Origin: a virus
Lineage: Duplodnaviria; Caudoviricetes
Reading direction: 5' to 3' (one strand)
Virus record (IMG/VR): IMGVR_UViG_3300005589_000018
Span: 1 to 37,078 of that record
Length of the DNA stretch: 37,078 nucleotides
The position numbers were made by a program, and so were the translations under genes. Under the pieces are notes generated by a model that was not told the DNA's origin, searched no databases, and was given only the letters and a program-made list of their open reading frames with translations. How positions within the stretch are numbered: the stretch's first letter is position 1; every line of letters starts with the position of its first letter. Shown in pieces: positions 16,807 to 24,926 of this stretch.

Positions 16807-18620
16807 CCCTGCGTCCATATCAACAGAAAGCGCACGCCGCCGCTTGGGGCCATATCAAAAGCAGCATTGACCCGTGCCTAATCGAAGCCGCGACTGGCGC
16901 GGGCAAGTCGCACATCATCGCCGCGCTTGCAGATACCATTCACCAGCACACAGGCAAGCGTGTCTTGTGCCTTGCGCCCAGCGCCGAACTCGTCGTGCAA
17001 AACCGCGAGAAATTCCTAGCGACCGGGAATAAGGCCAGCATGTTTTCAGCCAGCGCAGGCGGAAAAGAATTAAGGCACAATGTTGTTTTCGGCTCGCCGC
17101 TGACGGTCAAGAACAGGATCAGCCGCTTCAAAGATGGGTATTCTGCCGTCATTATTGACGAGGCGCACGGGCTGACACCAACGCTCAAAAGCATCATTGA
17201 GGCCATGCGCGACGGCAATCCAAACCTGCGCGTGATTGGCACCACGGCCACGCCATACCGCATGAATGAGGGGTATATCTTTCGCATGTGGCCTGATGGC
17301 CGCGTGAATGACGATTACACAACGCGCGATCCGTATTTTGTCAAACTGGTTGACCGGATTACCGCGCCGGAATTGATCGGCATGGGGTTTCTCACACCGC
17401 CCCTTGTCGGTTCCCCCGGCTCGGAGGGATATGACACTGGCGGAATGCAAGTGAACAGCCGAGGGCAATTCGACAAGGCGGACGTTGATCGGGCATATCA
17501 CGGCAAGGGCAGGCTAACGGCGCAGATCGTGGCGGACGTTATTGAACAATGCCGCAATCGGCAAGGCGTGATGTTTTTCGCCGCGACAATCCAACACGCG
17601 CAAGAGGTCATGGAAAGCCTGCCGCCTGAATTGTCTGCCATTGTCACCGGGACAACGCCCAAGCGAGAACGCGACCGCATCCTTAAACGGTTTAAGGCGC
17701 GCGAGATTAAGTATCTTGTGAACGTCGCGGTGCTAACCACGGGCTTCGATGCGCCTCATGTGGATTGCATCGCAGTCCTGCGCAAAACGGAAAGCGCGGG
17801 ACTGTGGGCGCAGATCATCGGGCGCGGGTTGCGTCTGGATGAAGGCAAAGAGAATTGCCTTGTGCTGGATTACACTACGAACATTGACGATCACTTTCCC
17901 GATGGCGATTTGTTTGACCCGCAGATCAAAGCCAAGCGCGCCAAAGAAAAGGGCGACGGGATCAGCGCGATCTGCCCGGATTGCGACTATGAAAACACGT
18001 TTGCGGCAAACCCTGATTACGTTGACCTGCCAGCCGATGAAAACGGATATTGCGTTGATCTTGAAGGCAACCGCGTTGAAACGGAATACGGGCCGCTTCC
18101 TGCCCATTATGGGCGGCGTTGCTTTGGTATGCACAAGACCGGACCGGGCGGGACGTATGAGCGATGCACCTACCGTTGGACATCGAAAGAATGCCCGGAG
18201 TGCCAAGAGCCGAATGACATTGCGGCACGGTATTGCATCAAGTGCAAGGCGGAGATTGTTGACCCGAATGAGAAGCTGGCCGCAGAATTTAAGCGGATCA
18301 AGCGCGATCCGACGCAAGCGCAGACGGATAATGTTCTGAGCATGGACCTGCGAGAAGGCATTTCCCAAGCTGGTAATCGCACGGTGCGCGCTGACTTTGT
18401 GACGCCTTGGCGGTCGTTTTCGATATGGTTTACGCCAGAAAGCAAGGGCTGGAAACAGCGCGATGAATGGGCGCGGTTTGCGTCTGCAACGCAGGATGGC
18501 CAGCCTCGCACAGTCACCTATCGCAAAGACCCTGAAAGCGGGTTCTATCGCTTGCTTGGGCTTAATCATCCCGCAGATGTAGAGCCGGAACAACCCGCAT
18601 ATAAGGTAGCAGCACAATGA
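16803..18620 (+). CDS. DEAH-box SF2 helicase (RadD/YejH-like) with zinc ribbons
   Basis: LRPYQ, ATGAGKS, IIDEAH, TATPYR, LTTGFDAP, QIIGRGLR; CPDC, CPEC and CIKC motifs. Confidence 0.92.
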   Translation: MTLRPYQQKAHAAAWGHIKSSIDPCLIEAATGAGKSHIIAALADTIHQHTGKRVLCLAPSAELVVQNREKFLATGNKASMFSASAGGKELRHNVVFGSPLTVKNRISRFKDGYSAVIIDEAHGLTPTLKSIIEAMRDGNPNLRVIGTTATPYRMNEGYIFRMWPDGRVNDDYTTRDPYFVKLVDRITAPELIGMGFLTPPLVGSPGSEGYDTGGMQVNSRGQFDKADVDRAYHGKGRLTAQIVADVIEQCRNRQGVMFFAATIQHAQEVMESLPPELSAIVTGTTPKRERDRILKRFKAREIKYLVNVAVLTTGFDAPHVDCIAVLRKTESAGLWAQIIGRGLRLDEGKENCLVLDYTTNIDDHFPDGDLFDPQIKAKRAKEKGDGISAICPDCDYENTFAANPDYVDLPADENGYCVDLEGNRVETEYGPLPAHYGRRCFGMHKTGPGGTYERCTYRWTSKECPECQEPNDIAARYCIKCKAEIVDPNEKLAAEFKRIKRDPTQAQTDNVLSMDLREGISQAGNRTVRADFVTPWRSFSIWFTPESKGWKQRDEWARFASATQDGQPRTVTYRKDPESGFYRLLGLNHPADVEPEQPAYKVAAQ

Positions 18621-19042
18621 ACCTAAAAAACCTACCATTCCCGATTTATGGTGACACCACGTTTCGCGGCACGTGCCCGAAGGAAAGCGCCGAACAGGTG
18701 ACGTTTTTTGCCAAGCTGCGTCGTGAATATCCCGACACATGGGGCAAGCTGGCGCTGCATCCACGCAACGAACAGCAGCTCATGGGGGGGCAGTTTCGCG
18801 GCGTGATTAAGCAAAAGGCCGAAGGCATGACGCCGGGAGCGTCGGACGTGATTATTCCTGCGGCGCGGTCTTTTGTTTGTGAGATGAAGCGACGAGACCA
18901 TACGAAAAGCAAATGGCAAGATGGTCAGATTGAATACCTTGAAGCTGCGCAGGCGGCTGGCGCGTTTGCCTGCGTTGCTTTGGGCTGGGAGGGCGCGTGG
19001 TCTGCGTTTGAGGCTTGGTTGCAAGAAAACGAACAAAGTTGA
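18617..19042 (+). CDS. VRR-NUC nuclease
   Basis: E..EQ, H.RNE, G..PGASD, CEMKR, Q..YL motifs. Confidence 0.85.
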   Translation: MNLKNLPFPIYGDTTFRGTCPKESAEQVTFFAKLRREYPDTWGKLALHPRNEQQLMGGQFRGVIKQKAEGMTPGASDVIIPAARSFVCEMKRRDHTKSKWQDGQIEYLEAAQAAGAFACVALGWEGAWSAFEAWLQENEQS

Positions 19043-19084
19043 CGCAACGTCATGCTTGAGCGCGCAAATGGCAAGTCGTAGGTT
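19037..19084 (+). promoter_or_regulatory. Promoter with TGACG-N3-CGTCA box (copy 3)
   Basis: TGACGCAACGTCA-3 bp-TTGAGC-17 bp-TAGGTT. Confidence 0.7.
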
Positions 19085-19111
19085 GATTGCAGAACAAGAG
19101 GAGAAACAAGC

Positions 19112-19297
19112 ATGACCGTCACAGACAACTTCACCGAAGAGCAGCGCCGCAAGATCGACGCGGCCTATGCCGCTTGGCAGTGGGAAGAAAACCGCGACCG
19201 GGGCTATGACTTTCAACTTTGCCAGCGTCTACGCGCCGACTACTACCGCGCGATTGACGAGGCCACCGAGGAAAACAAGGAGAAAGAACATGCGTGA
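19112..19297 (+). CDS. Hypothetical protein (61 aa)
   Basis: GAGGAG RBS; first gene after the promoter. Confidence 0.75.
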   Translation: MTVTDNFTEEQRRKIDAAYAAWQWEENRDRGYDFQLCQRLRADYYRAIDEATEENKEKEHA

Positions 19298-19373
19298 GCT
19301 TATCGGAGACTTCATCGGCGTCGTGTCTATCTTTGCGACACTGTATTTGATGCTGCATTTGCCGCTTCTGTGA
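19290..19373 (+). CDS. Small hydrophobic peptide (27 aa)
   Basis: MRELIGDFIGVVSIFATLYLMLHLPLL; AAGGAG RBS. Confidence 0.65.
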   Translation: MRELIGDFIGVVSIFATLYLMLHLPLL

Positions 19374-19517
19374 GGTGCCGCACCACCCCATCTAACCAGC
19401 CCAACTTAGAGGATCACTGGCGGTTTTGATGGTCGGGCAACGCGCTACAGGCTGGGCAACGTGCGCCACATGGACCCCAGCCACGCGGCACCTCTCACAA
19501 GCAAAGGAGAAAGACAG

Positions 19518-19961
19518 ATGGAAAATAGGTTTGAATTTTTACACGCTGGCTATAATTGCCACGTTATTCGCAGAGATATGGGCCACCATTGCGGATACGT
19601 TGCGATCCCCAAAAGTCACCCATGGTTTGGCAAGGACTACAGCGACAAGGTTTCCGTTCCCAAGGAAGTAATCAGCCGTGAAACCAACATTGATAAGATC
19701 GGCGTCTTGAATCTTCTCTGCGCTGACGAGCCAACCGAAGATACCTGCGAAATCGTTTTGGCAGTCGATGTGCATGGCGGCATCACATACGCCGAACCGG
19801 AAGGCGAACAGTGGGTCTTTGGTTTTGACTGTGCTCATTTCGGTGATGCTCTCTCGCCGGAGCGAGTTATGCCCGGTGAGATATGGCGGGACAGGCCATT
19901 TGCTGAGGCTGAAACTCGCGCTCTGGCAGATCAGCTTCGCGAGTTCGACCCCACCACCTAA
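19518..19961 (+). CDS. Hypothetical phage protein with putative metal-binding motifs
   Basis: GHHCGYV, VHGGITY, GFDCAH; AAGGAG RBS before ATG 19518. Confidence 0.8.
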   Translation: MENRFEFLHAGYNCHVIRRDMGHHCGYVAIPKSHPWFGKDYSDKVSVPKEVISRETNIDKIGVLNLLCADEPTEDTCEIVLAVDVHGGITYAEPEGEQWVFGFDCAHFGDALSPERVMPGEIWRDRPFAEAETRALADQLREFDPTT

Positions 19962-20023
19962 CCCACACCCGGCGCAATCCCGCGCCACCCCCGCCCATTT
20001 CGGGCTTATTAAGGAGAATGAAA

Positions 20024-20308
20024 ATGACAACTGACGCTATGAAAGAAATGCCTCTTTACCAAAGCCACAAGCAGGTTTGGGCGTTGAAGATTGCCGACCT
20101 CAGACACACTGGAAACCAAGGCCAAGAAAGTGATGGGTCTTTGATGATGATCCCGGAAAATAAGGATTACGGACCAATAAAATTGCCGTCTGAGTATGTG
20201 CGGAAACACAACCCAAAGGTCGGCGGATACTATGTGGTCTACAAGGACGGCTACGAGTCGTGGTCTCCCGCAGACGCATTTGAAGATGGCTATTCTCGGG
20301 TCGAATAA
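20024..20308 (+). CDS. Small phage protein with GYYVVYxDGYxSWSP motif
   Basis: AAGGAG RBS; start 20018 or 20024; motif recognised from phage accessory proteins. Confidence 0.8.
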   Translation: MTTDAMKEMPLYQSHKQVWALKIADLRHTGNQGQESDGSLMMIPENKDYGPIKLPSEYVRKHNPKVGGYYVVYKDGYESWSPADAFEDGYSRVE

Positions 20309-20371
20309 TCGCCACCCCCGCCCGGTCCCGGCGTGTTTCCGGGCGGGGTCATTAGGAGAAGGAATGAGACG

Positions 20372-20557
20372 ATGACAGAAAGAGATACAGTATTTGCTGG
20401 ATGGGGATTTGCCGGGGCCGGAGTGAGCTTTCTGCCCTCCGCCCTTTTGTCGAACGTAGTTCCGCTGGGGCGAGAGCATGTAGCGGTTATTTGGATCGTG
20501 ACCTACCTCATTGGCTTTTGGGTTTTGCATCTGACCACCAAGGAGCAAGACCAATGA
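20372..20557 (+). CDS. Small two-pass membrane protein (61 aa)
   Basis: AAGGA RBS; two hydrophobic segments; ATGA overlap downstream. Confidence 0.65.
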   Translation: MTERDTVFAGWGFAGAGVSFLPSALLSNVVPLGREHVAVIWIVTYLIGFWVLHLTTKEQDQ

Positions 20558-21075
20558 CCGACACACTACTGGAACAGATCAAGCCTCAAAAACAGCGAGT
20601 GATTCACGATCCGCAAAACGGGAAATTTGGCGACTGTTATCGAACCGCAGTCGCCGTGGTTCTTGGTTTCGATGCGGAAGATGTTCCGCACGTCTGTGAA
20701 AAGGGGTGGGATAACCACGATGACCTAGACGGTATCGACGCCATGCGCTCTTTCCTCCGTCCGTTGGGCCTAACCATATCGAAAAGCGTCTATAACGGCG
20801 AGCTTGCATGGAGCGCATTCCAAGAGTGGATGGCTAAGTTCAACCCGTCCGTTCCGCTCATAGTTACAGGTATGGGTCTACGTGGCGTCAACCACTGTGT
20901 CGTCATGGTCGGCGGCGATGTCGTTTGCGACCCACACACCGGAGACGTAAACCACGATCCATTTTCAGGCGCCGCGGAGGCCGAAGGTGAAGCGTACTGG
21001 TGGGTGGAGGTTATCACGCCATCGGTAGAGGCCCTCGCCGCCTTCCGCGCAGCACAGGAGAAGAACGATGGGTGA
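20554..21075 (+). CDS. Putative papain-fold (C39-like) cysteine peptidase
   Basis: Q...GDCYRTAVA.VL, HCVV, DP match Cys-His-Asp order; AAGGAG RBS before ATG 20554. Confidence 0.6.
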   Translation: MTDTLLEQIKPQKQRVIHDPQNGKFGDCYRTAVAVVLGFDAEDVPHVCEKGWDNHDDLDGIDAMRSFLRPLGLTISKSVYNGELAWSAFQEWMAKFNPSVPLIVTGMGLRGVNHCVVMVGGDVVCDPHTGDVNHDPFSGAAEAEGEAYWWVEVITPSVEALAAFRAAQEKNDG

Positions 21076-21613
21076 GACGCTGAAAGAACGGCTGGATCGG
21101 TTGAGCGAGGGCGCAAACCCGGGACCATATAGTGTTAGAAGCTACCAAAGCGGGACAACGTATCTCGAACTTGGGAAATGGCCGGGTCATTATGCATCAG
21201 ACACGGTGCCGCCGATGGGCTGGGGTGATGCTGAAATTGTGAACCGAAACATTCCATCGTCTTGGGGAGATCAGGACAGAAAGGGATATACCGCGCACTT
21301 TCTTGCTGAACTTGGCAACGCCTACCGCTCCGGCGACCTGATCCCCCGCGACGAGATCACGCCCGCAATGGCGGCGGAGTGGCAACCGATTGAGACCGCG
21401 CCGAAGGATGGGGTTGGATTTCTCGCGTTTGAGCGCATTTCAGACGATCACTACACGATTTCTGTGTGCGTTTGGGAGGACGGCGATGATGGCGATGGGC
21501 CATATATGGTTCTTTTCCACGAGGCCAAAAATATACCGGTTAACGCGTCTCACTGGAGGCCTCTACCAGACCCGTCCGCCCTCACCGCAATCAAGGAGAG
21601 CAAAGATGACTGA
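21068..21613 (+). CDS. Mosaic accessory protein (Ead/Ea22-like N-terminus, DUF551-like C-terminus)
   Basis: ANPGPY; WQPIETAPKDG...SHWRPLP. Confidence 0.7.
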   Translation: MGETLKERLDRLSEGANPGPYSVRSYQSGTTYLELGKWPGHYASDTVPPMGWGDAEIVNRNIPSSWGDQDRKGYTAHFLAELGNAYRSGDLIPRDEITPAMAAEWQPIETAPKDGVGFLAFERISDDHYTISVCVWEDGDDGDGPYMVLFHEAKNIPVNASHWRPLPDPSALTAIKESKDD

Positions 21614-22469
21614 TGATCTGGTGGAGCGGTTGCGTGGGCCAGTGCAAGATGCCGCCCATGCCTTTATAAACGACTTTTTCAACAACAAGGACACACCGAA
21701 GCCTGAAATCACGATACCTGCCAAGGAGGACAATTCCGACCTCACGCTAGTTAATGGTATCAGAGAGGCTAGTGACGCCATCGAAGCCCTGCAAGCCGAG
21801 CAGTGCGTCGAGGTGACGGCGCTTGAGTGGGGCAAGCGTATCCAAAAAGAAAGGCCGATCCGGTTCATTACCAACAGCACATGCGGACGGTATCAGGTCA
21901 CTGAATGGCTTGACGGCTCTGGATATGTGGTCTGCTTTATGGGCAGGTTTGGCAGACATGAAAGAATCGAAGCACCCACAAGTGCAGGTGGTTCTGAACC
22001 ATTGAAAGCAGCCGCCCAAGCCGATTACGAGCAACGCATCCTCTCCACCATCACCACCCGCCCCGCGTCCGAGGTCCGGGCCGAGGCACATGCTGCGGCG
22101 GTAGAGGCGGCTGCGCGATGGCTGGAAGAACGAGCGAAGATGACCAGAGAAGCTGCAGAAGCACAAAGGTCAGTATCGCCTGAAAGCGACCCGCCACTCA
22201 CCGACGAAGCGCATCAAGAAAACCTGAAGGAGGTGTTTCGGCTGAATGCATCAGCAAACCTTCTCATGGCAGACGCGCGCGTCATCAAGAACCTCCACAC
22301 CGACGCCAGCCGCGAATACCTCGCAGCCCGTGAAGAGCGGATCAAGCGGGAGGCGCGGGAAGACGTTGCACACGGACTTTTGAAAATTATCCACGACACG
22401 GAAGATGCAGACATGCTGCGCTTGGCACTTCTTGAGGCGCTGGCCCTGATCGAGAAGGAGGGGGTGTGA
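21606..22469 (+). CDS. Hypothetical accessory protein (287 aa)
   Basis: Start MTDDLVERLR with AAGGAG RBS; V..LEW and KAAAQADYEQRI modules. Confidence 0.75.
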   Translation: MTDDLVERLRGPVQDAAHAFINDFFNNKDTPKPEITIPAKEDNSDLTLVNGIREASDAIEALQAEQCVEVTALEWGKRIQKERPIRFITNSTCGRYQVTEWLDGSGYVVCFMGRFGRHERIEAPTSAGGSEPLKAAAQADYEQRILSTITTRPASEVRAEAHAAAVEAAARWLEERAKMTREAAEAQRSVSPESDPPLTDEAHQENLKEVFRLNASANLLMADARVIKNLHTDASREYLAAREERIKREAREDVAHGLLKIIHDTEDADMLRLALLEALALIEKEGV

Positions 22470-22822
22470 TGATCGACATTGACGCAGAATTTCGCAAGGC
22501 ATTCGGCTTGCAGTCGTCCACAGCGAACACCGAAGAAACCACCACCATATCGGCAGAGGACTTGCTTGCCGACATGAAGCGGATACAGGCCAAATTAGGG
22601 CCACCGCCGCCGAGAGTTCAGGTGTCGAAACACGCCCCTGTTTTCGTAGACGCAAAGCCTTCGGCAGAACCGCGAACCGACGACATGCGTGCTATGTGCG
22701 ACGACCTAGGCCAGCAAAAGGTTCCCGGCGCACTTTTTCTGGATACCAGCTTTTTACCACTTGGTGGTGGCACCGTTCTGTTCATCAACCCGGTCAATAT
22801 TAAGGACAAAGACGATGACTGA
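22466..22822 (+). CDS. Hypothetical protein
   Basis: AAGGAGG RBS; overlap-coupled. Confidence 0.7.
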   Translation: MMIDIDAEFRKAFGLQSSTANTEETTTISAEDLLADMKRIQAKLGPPPPRVQVSKHAPVFVDAKPSAEPRTDDMRAMCDDLGQQKVPGALFLDTSFLPLGGGTVLFINPVNIKDKDDD

Positions 22823-23147
22823 CACGACAACGGAAGCGGTTGATCGGCTGGCGAAGCACATAGCGATGACATGCGCCTGCGCTATTGGTAAGAGAGCCGA
22901 GCAACCTGTCGCTGGCACCCTACGCGCCCTCACCGCCGAGCGAGATGCCCTTGCCGCAGAGGTCAAGAGGCTGAGGGTCGGGCTTCGCATAGTCGCGGAT
23001 CAAGTGACTTCCGACAGTATCCCGCCGGAGGTCATGGCAGACATCAACGCCGATACCCCGAAAGAACAAGCGGAGTGGTGGAACATGGGATATGACGCCG
23101 CAATTCGTTGGGCGATGGCATCACTGGAAGAGGGGAAGGACGGATGA
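22815..23147 (+). CDS. Hypothetical protein (110 aa)
   Basis: Start MTDTTTEAV with AAGGA RBS; LRAL.AERD coiled coil. Confidence 0.7.
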   Translation: MTDTTTEAVDRLAKHIAMTCACAIGKRAEQPVAGTLRALTAERDALAAEVKRLRVGLRIVADQVTSDSIPPEVMADINADTPKEQAEWWNMGYDAAIRWAMASLEEGKDG

Positions 23148-23245
23148 CCGACAACGAACGCACGATCCGCTCCGATGTTATCGCGATCAAGAAGGCACTG
23201 GCCGGGGCGCGTGAGGCGCTCGGGATGAAGGAGGCAGAAGGATGA
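23144..23245 (+). CDS. Small hypothetical protein (33 aa)
   Basis: MTDNERTIRSDVIAIKKALAGAREALGMKEAEG; ATGA overlaps at both ends; AAGGA RBS. Confidence 0.6.
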   Translation: MTDNERTIRSDVIAIKKALAGAREALGMKEAEG

Positions 23246-23478
23246 CCGCATGGACGCCAGACTGGCCAGCACCAACAAAAGATGAAGTGCGCGCCGCAGG
23301 ATTTAGCGGCGACGTTACGCGCTTCCCGCTGACATGGGCGGGATATGTGCGGAGATGCCAGATGAACGGCGTTGACCCACTGAAACCACCGAACAACGCA
23401 TGGTTCTATGCTCCGAATGCTTGCGTGCAAGAGCAACTCAACGCCGCATACGAGGAAGCAAAGGAGGCGCGGGGATAG
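23242..23478 (+). CDS. Hypothetical protein (78 aa), last gene of the rightward arm
   Basis: AAGGAGG RBS; ATGA overlap. Confidence 0.7.
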   Translation: MTAWTPDWPAPTKDEVRAAGFSGDVTRFPLTWAGYVRRCQMNGVDPLKPPNNAWFYAPNACVQEQLNAAYEEAKEARG

Positions 23479-23517
23479 TTGCGCGTTGAACGGTCGCGCC
23501 CCCGTCGCCATGTGGTG

Positions 23518-23782
23518 AACTGTCAAGCAATTCTTGATAGTTGAGCGCGGAACGATTGCGCAATCTTCGTCATCGTCATGCGGTGCGCTCGACTGGGAAA
23601 TTCCCAACCCAGAAGCGGTTTCAGTATGACGCCGCGCTCATGAGGTGTGGCAGGTCGGTTTTCCTAGCATTCCGACCGAGACAGCTAGGCGATGCCTCAA
23701 CGGGACCACACCGCAAAAGAGCGGTTTGAGCGCGGCGGTCCGCACAGGCGAACTCGCGGGCCAAGCCCAATACACCGCGCTC
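23518..23782 (+). ncRNA. Candidate large structured ncRNA with pseudoknot
   Basis: At least seven stems of 5-11 bp plus a loop-downstream CCTAGC/GCTAGG pairing; G-U pairs favour the plus strand. Confidence 0.5.
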
Positions 23783-23813
23783 CCCGAGAAACTACCACAC
23801 CACCAGACGTGAG

Positions 23814-23841
23814 AAAACCCCCGCCCAATAAAGGACGGGGG
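23814..23841 (-). terminator. Rho-independent terminator after the lysis genes
   Basis: Minus strand CCCCCGTCC-TTTATT-GGGCGGGGG-TTTT. Confidence 0.7.
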
Positions 23842-23924
23842 CGAGACAGGGGCAGTGCCTCAGAGAATACGCTGTTTCGCAGAGGCCTCCTTCAAAATGA
23901 CGGACTAACGCGCCGCCGTGCCTC

Positions 23925-24125
23925 TTACGGGCGACACGTCCCGGTCATGCGGTCGTCTGTGTCGGCAATCCAGTTGCCCCAAGGCCCACCGGGAACGGTC
24001 GCAGCGTCTGGCATATCAAGCCGCGCCTCTGCGTAAGCGATGCAGCCGGGCCTACCACCGACCGTCATTGGAGCGCAGGCGGTCAGCGGGAGTGTCACCA
24101 GAAGCGCGGCCATCGCGAACCGCAT
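23925..24125 (-). CDS. o-spanin (Rz1-like lipoprotein)
   Basis: MRFAMAALLVTLPLTAC lipobox; overlaps the 3' end of the i-spanin gene. Confidence 0.8.
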   Translation of the reverse strand: MRFAMAALLVTLPLTACAPMTVGGRPGCIAYAEARLDMPDAATVPGGPWGNWIADTDDRMTGTCRP

Positions 24126-24294
24126 CGCGCCCATTCTCGATCCGCTCTTGTGTGTCTTTGAGTGCGTCATACTGCGCCCCTTTCTTGCCTTCCGACTTGC
24201 CGCGAAAATACGCCACAAGAACCGCGCCGATAGCCGATGCGATTATCGCCGCATACATCTTGATCCTGCCGGGAATTGCGAAAAGCCACGTCAT
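24052..24294 (-). CDS. i-spanin (Rz-like)
   Basis: N-terminal TM followed by a charged helix; directly after the endolysin; ATGA overlap. Confidence 0.75.
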   Translation of the reverse strand: MTWLFAIPGRIKMYAAIIASAIGAVLVAYFRGKSEGKKGAQYDALKDTQERIENGRDAVRDGRASGDTPADRLRSNDGRW

Positions 24295-24926
24295 TTGATC
24301 CCCGCCCCCCACTTGCGCAGGCGTTCCTTGAAAATCCACATGGCCGCAAGAGCCACGACGCCACACACGGCCAGCGCCACAACCTGCGCAGTCCCGTCAA
24401 GCGCGTTGAGCGCCCCTACAGCCCCGCCAATGGCAGAAGCGCCCTGCACCACCGACGCTTGCAATGTGGTGGACTGTGCGGGCGTAGAGCGCGGCTGCTT
24501 GCGGGCAAGCCACCGAGGGACGTTGAAGCCGGGACACGCCTTGGCTGCGTATTGGTTGTGGCCTGTCACCTTGTCGATGCCATAGCGCGCGCCAAGGTCC
24601 GTCAGAAGGCCGCGCAAAGCGTCCTCTTGCTCGGGCGTGTAGTTGTCAGCGAAAAGGTCATTCTCAGAAGATCCGTGACCGCCGATCAGGCAAACTCCGA
24701 TTGTCCCGGTGTTATGGCCCTTCACATGCGCGCCAACCTGCTCAACGGGACGCCCGGTCGCTACCGTGCCATCGCGGTCAATGATGTAGTGATAGCCAAT
24801 ATCACGCCACCCCCGGCCCTTGTGCCACTTTCGGATCTCCGAAACCTTGGCGCTTGTTTTGCTTCCCGCCCGCCACTCTGGACGGGTCGCGCTGCAATGA
24901 ATGATGATTTCGCTAATCGGTCGCAT
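24291..24926 (-). CDS. Endolysin, N-acetylmuramoyl-L-alanine amidase (T7 lysozyme-like) with C-terminal TM region
   Basis: IIIHCSAT, GWRDIGYHY, GAHVKGHN, GH...KACPGF Zn ligands; hydrophobic C-terminus. Confidence 0.93.
   Translation of the reverse strand: MRPISEIIIHCSATRPEWRAGSKTSAKVSEIRKWHKGRGWRDIGYHYIIDRDGTVATGRPVEQVGAHVKGHNTGTIGVCLIGGHGSSENDLFADNYTPEQEDALRGLLTDLGARYGIDKVTGHNQYAAKACPGFNVPRWLARKQPRSTPAQSTTLQASVVQGASAIGGAVGALNALDGTAQVVALAVCGVVALAAMWIFKERLRKWGAGIK

Noticed and set aside
17733-18764. 343-aa minus-strand ORF
   Set aside because: Antisense to the RadD-like helicase gene
14042-19042. Complete restriction-modification or DISARM defence system
   Set aside because: No cognate restriction subunit; VRR-NUC is coupled to the RadD-like helicase as in ordinary phage replication modules
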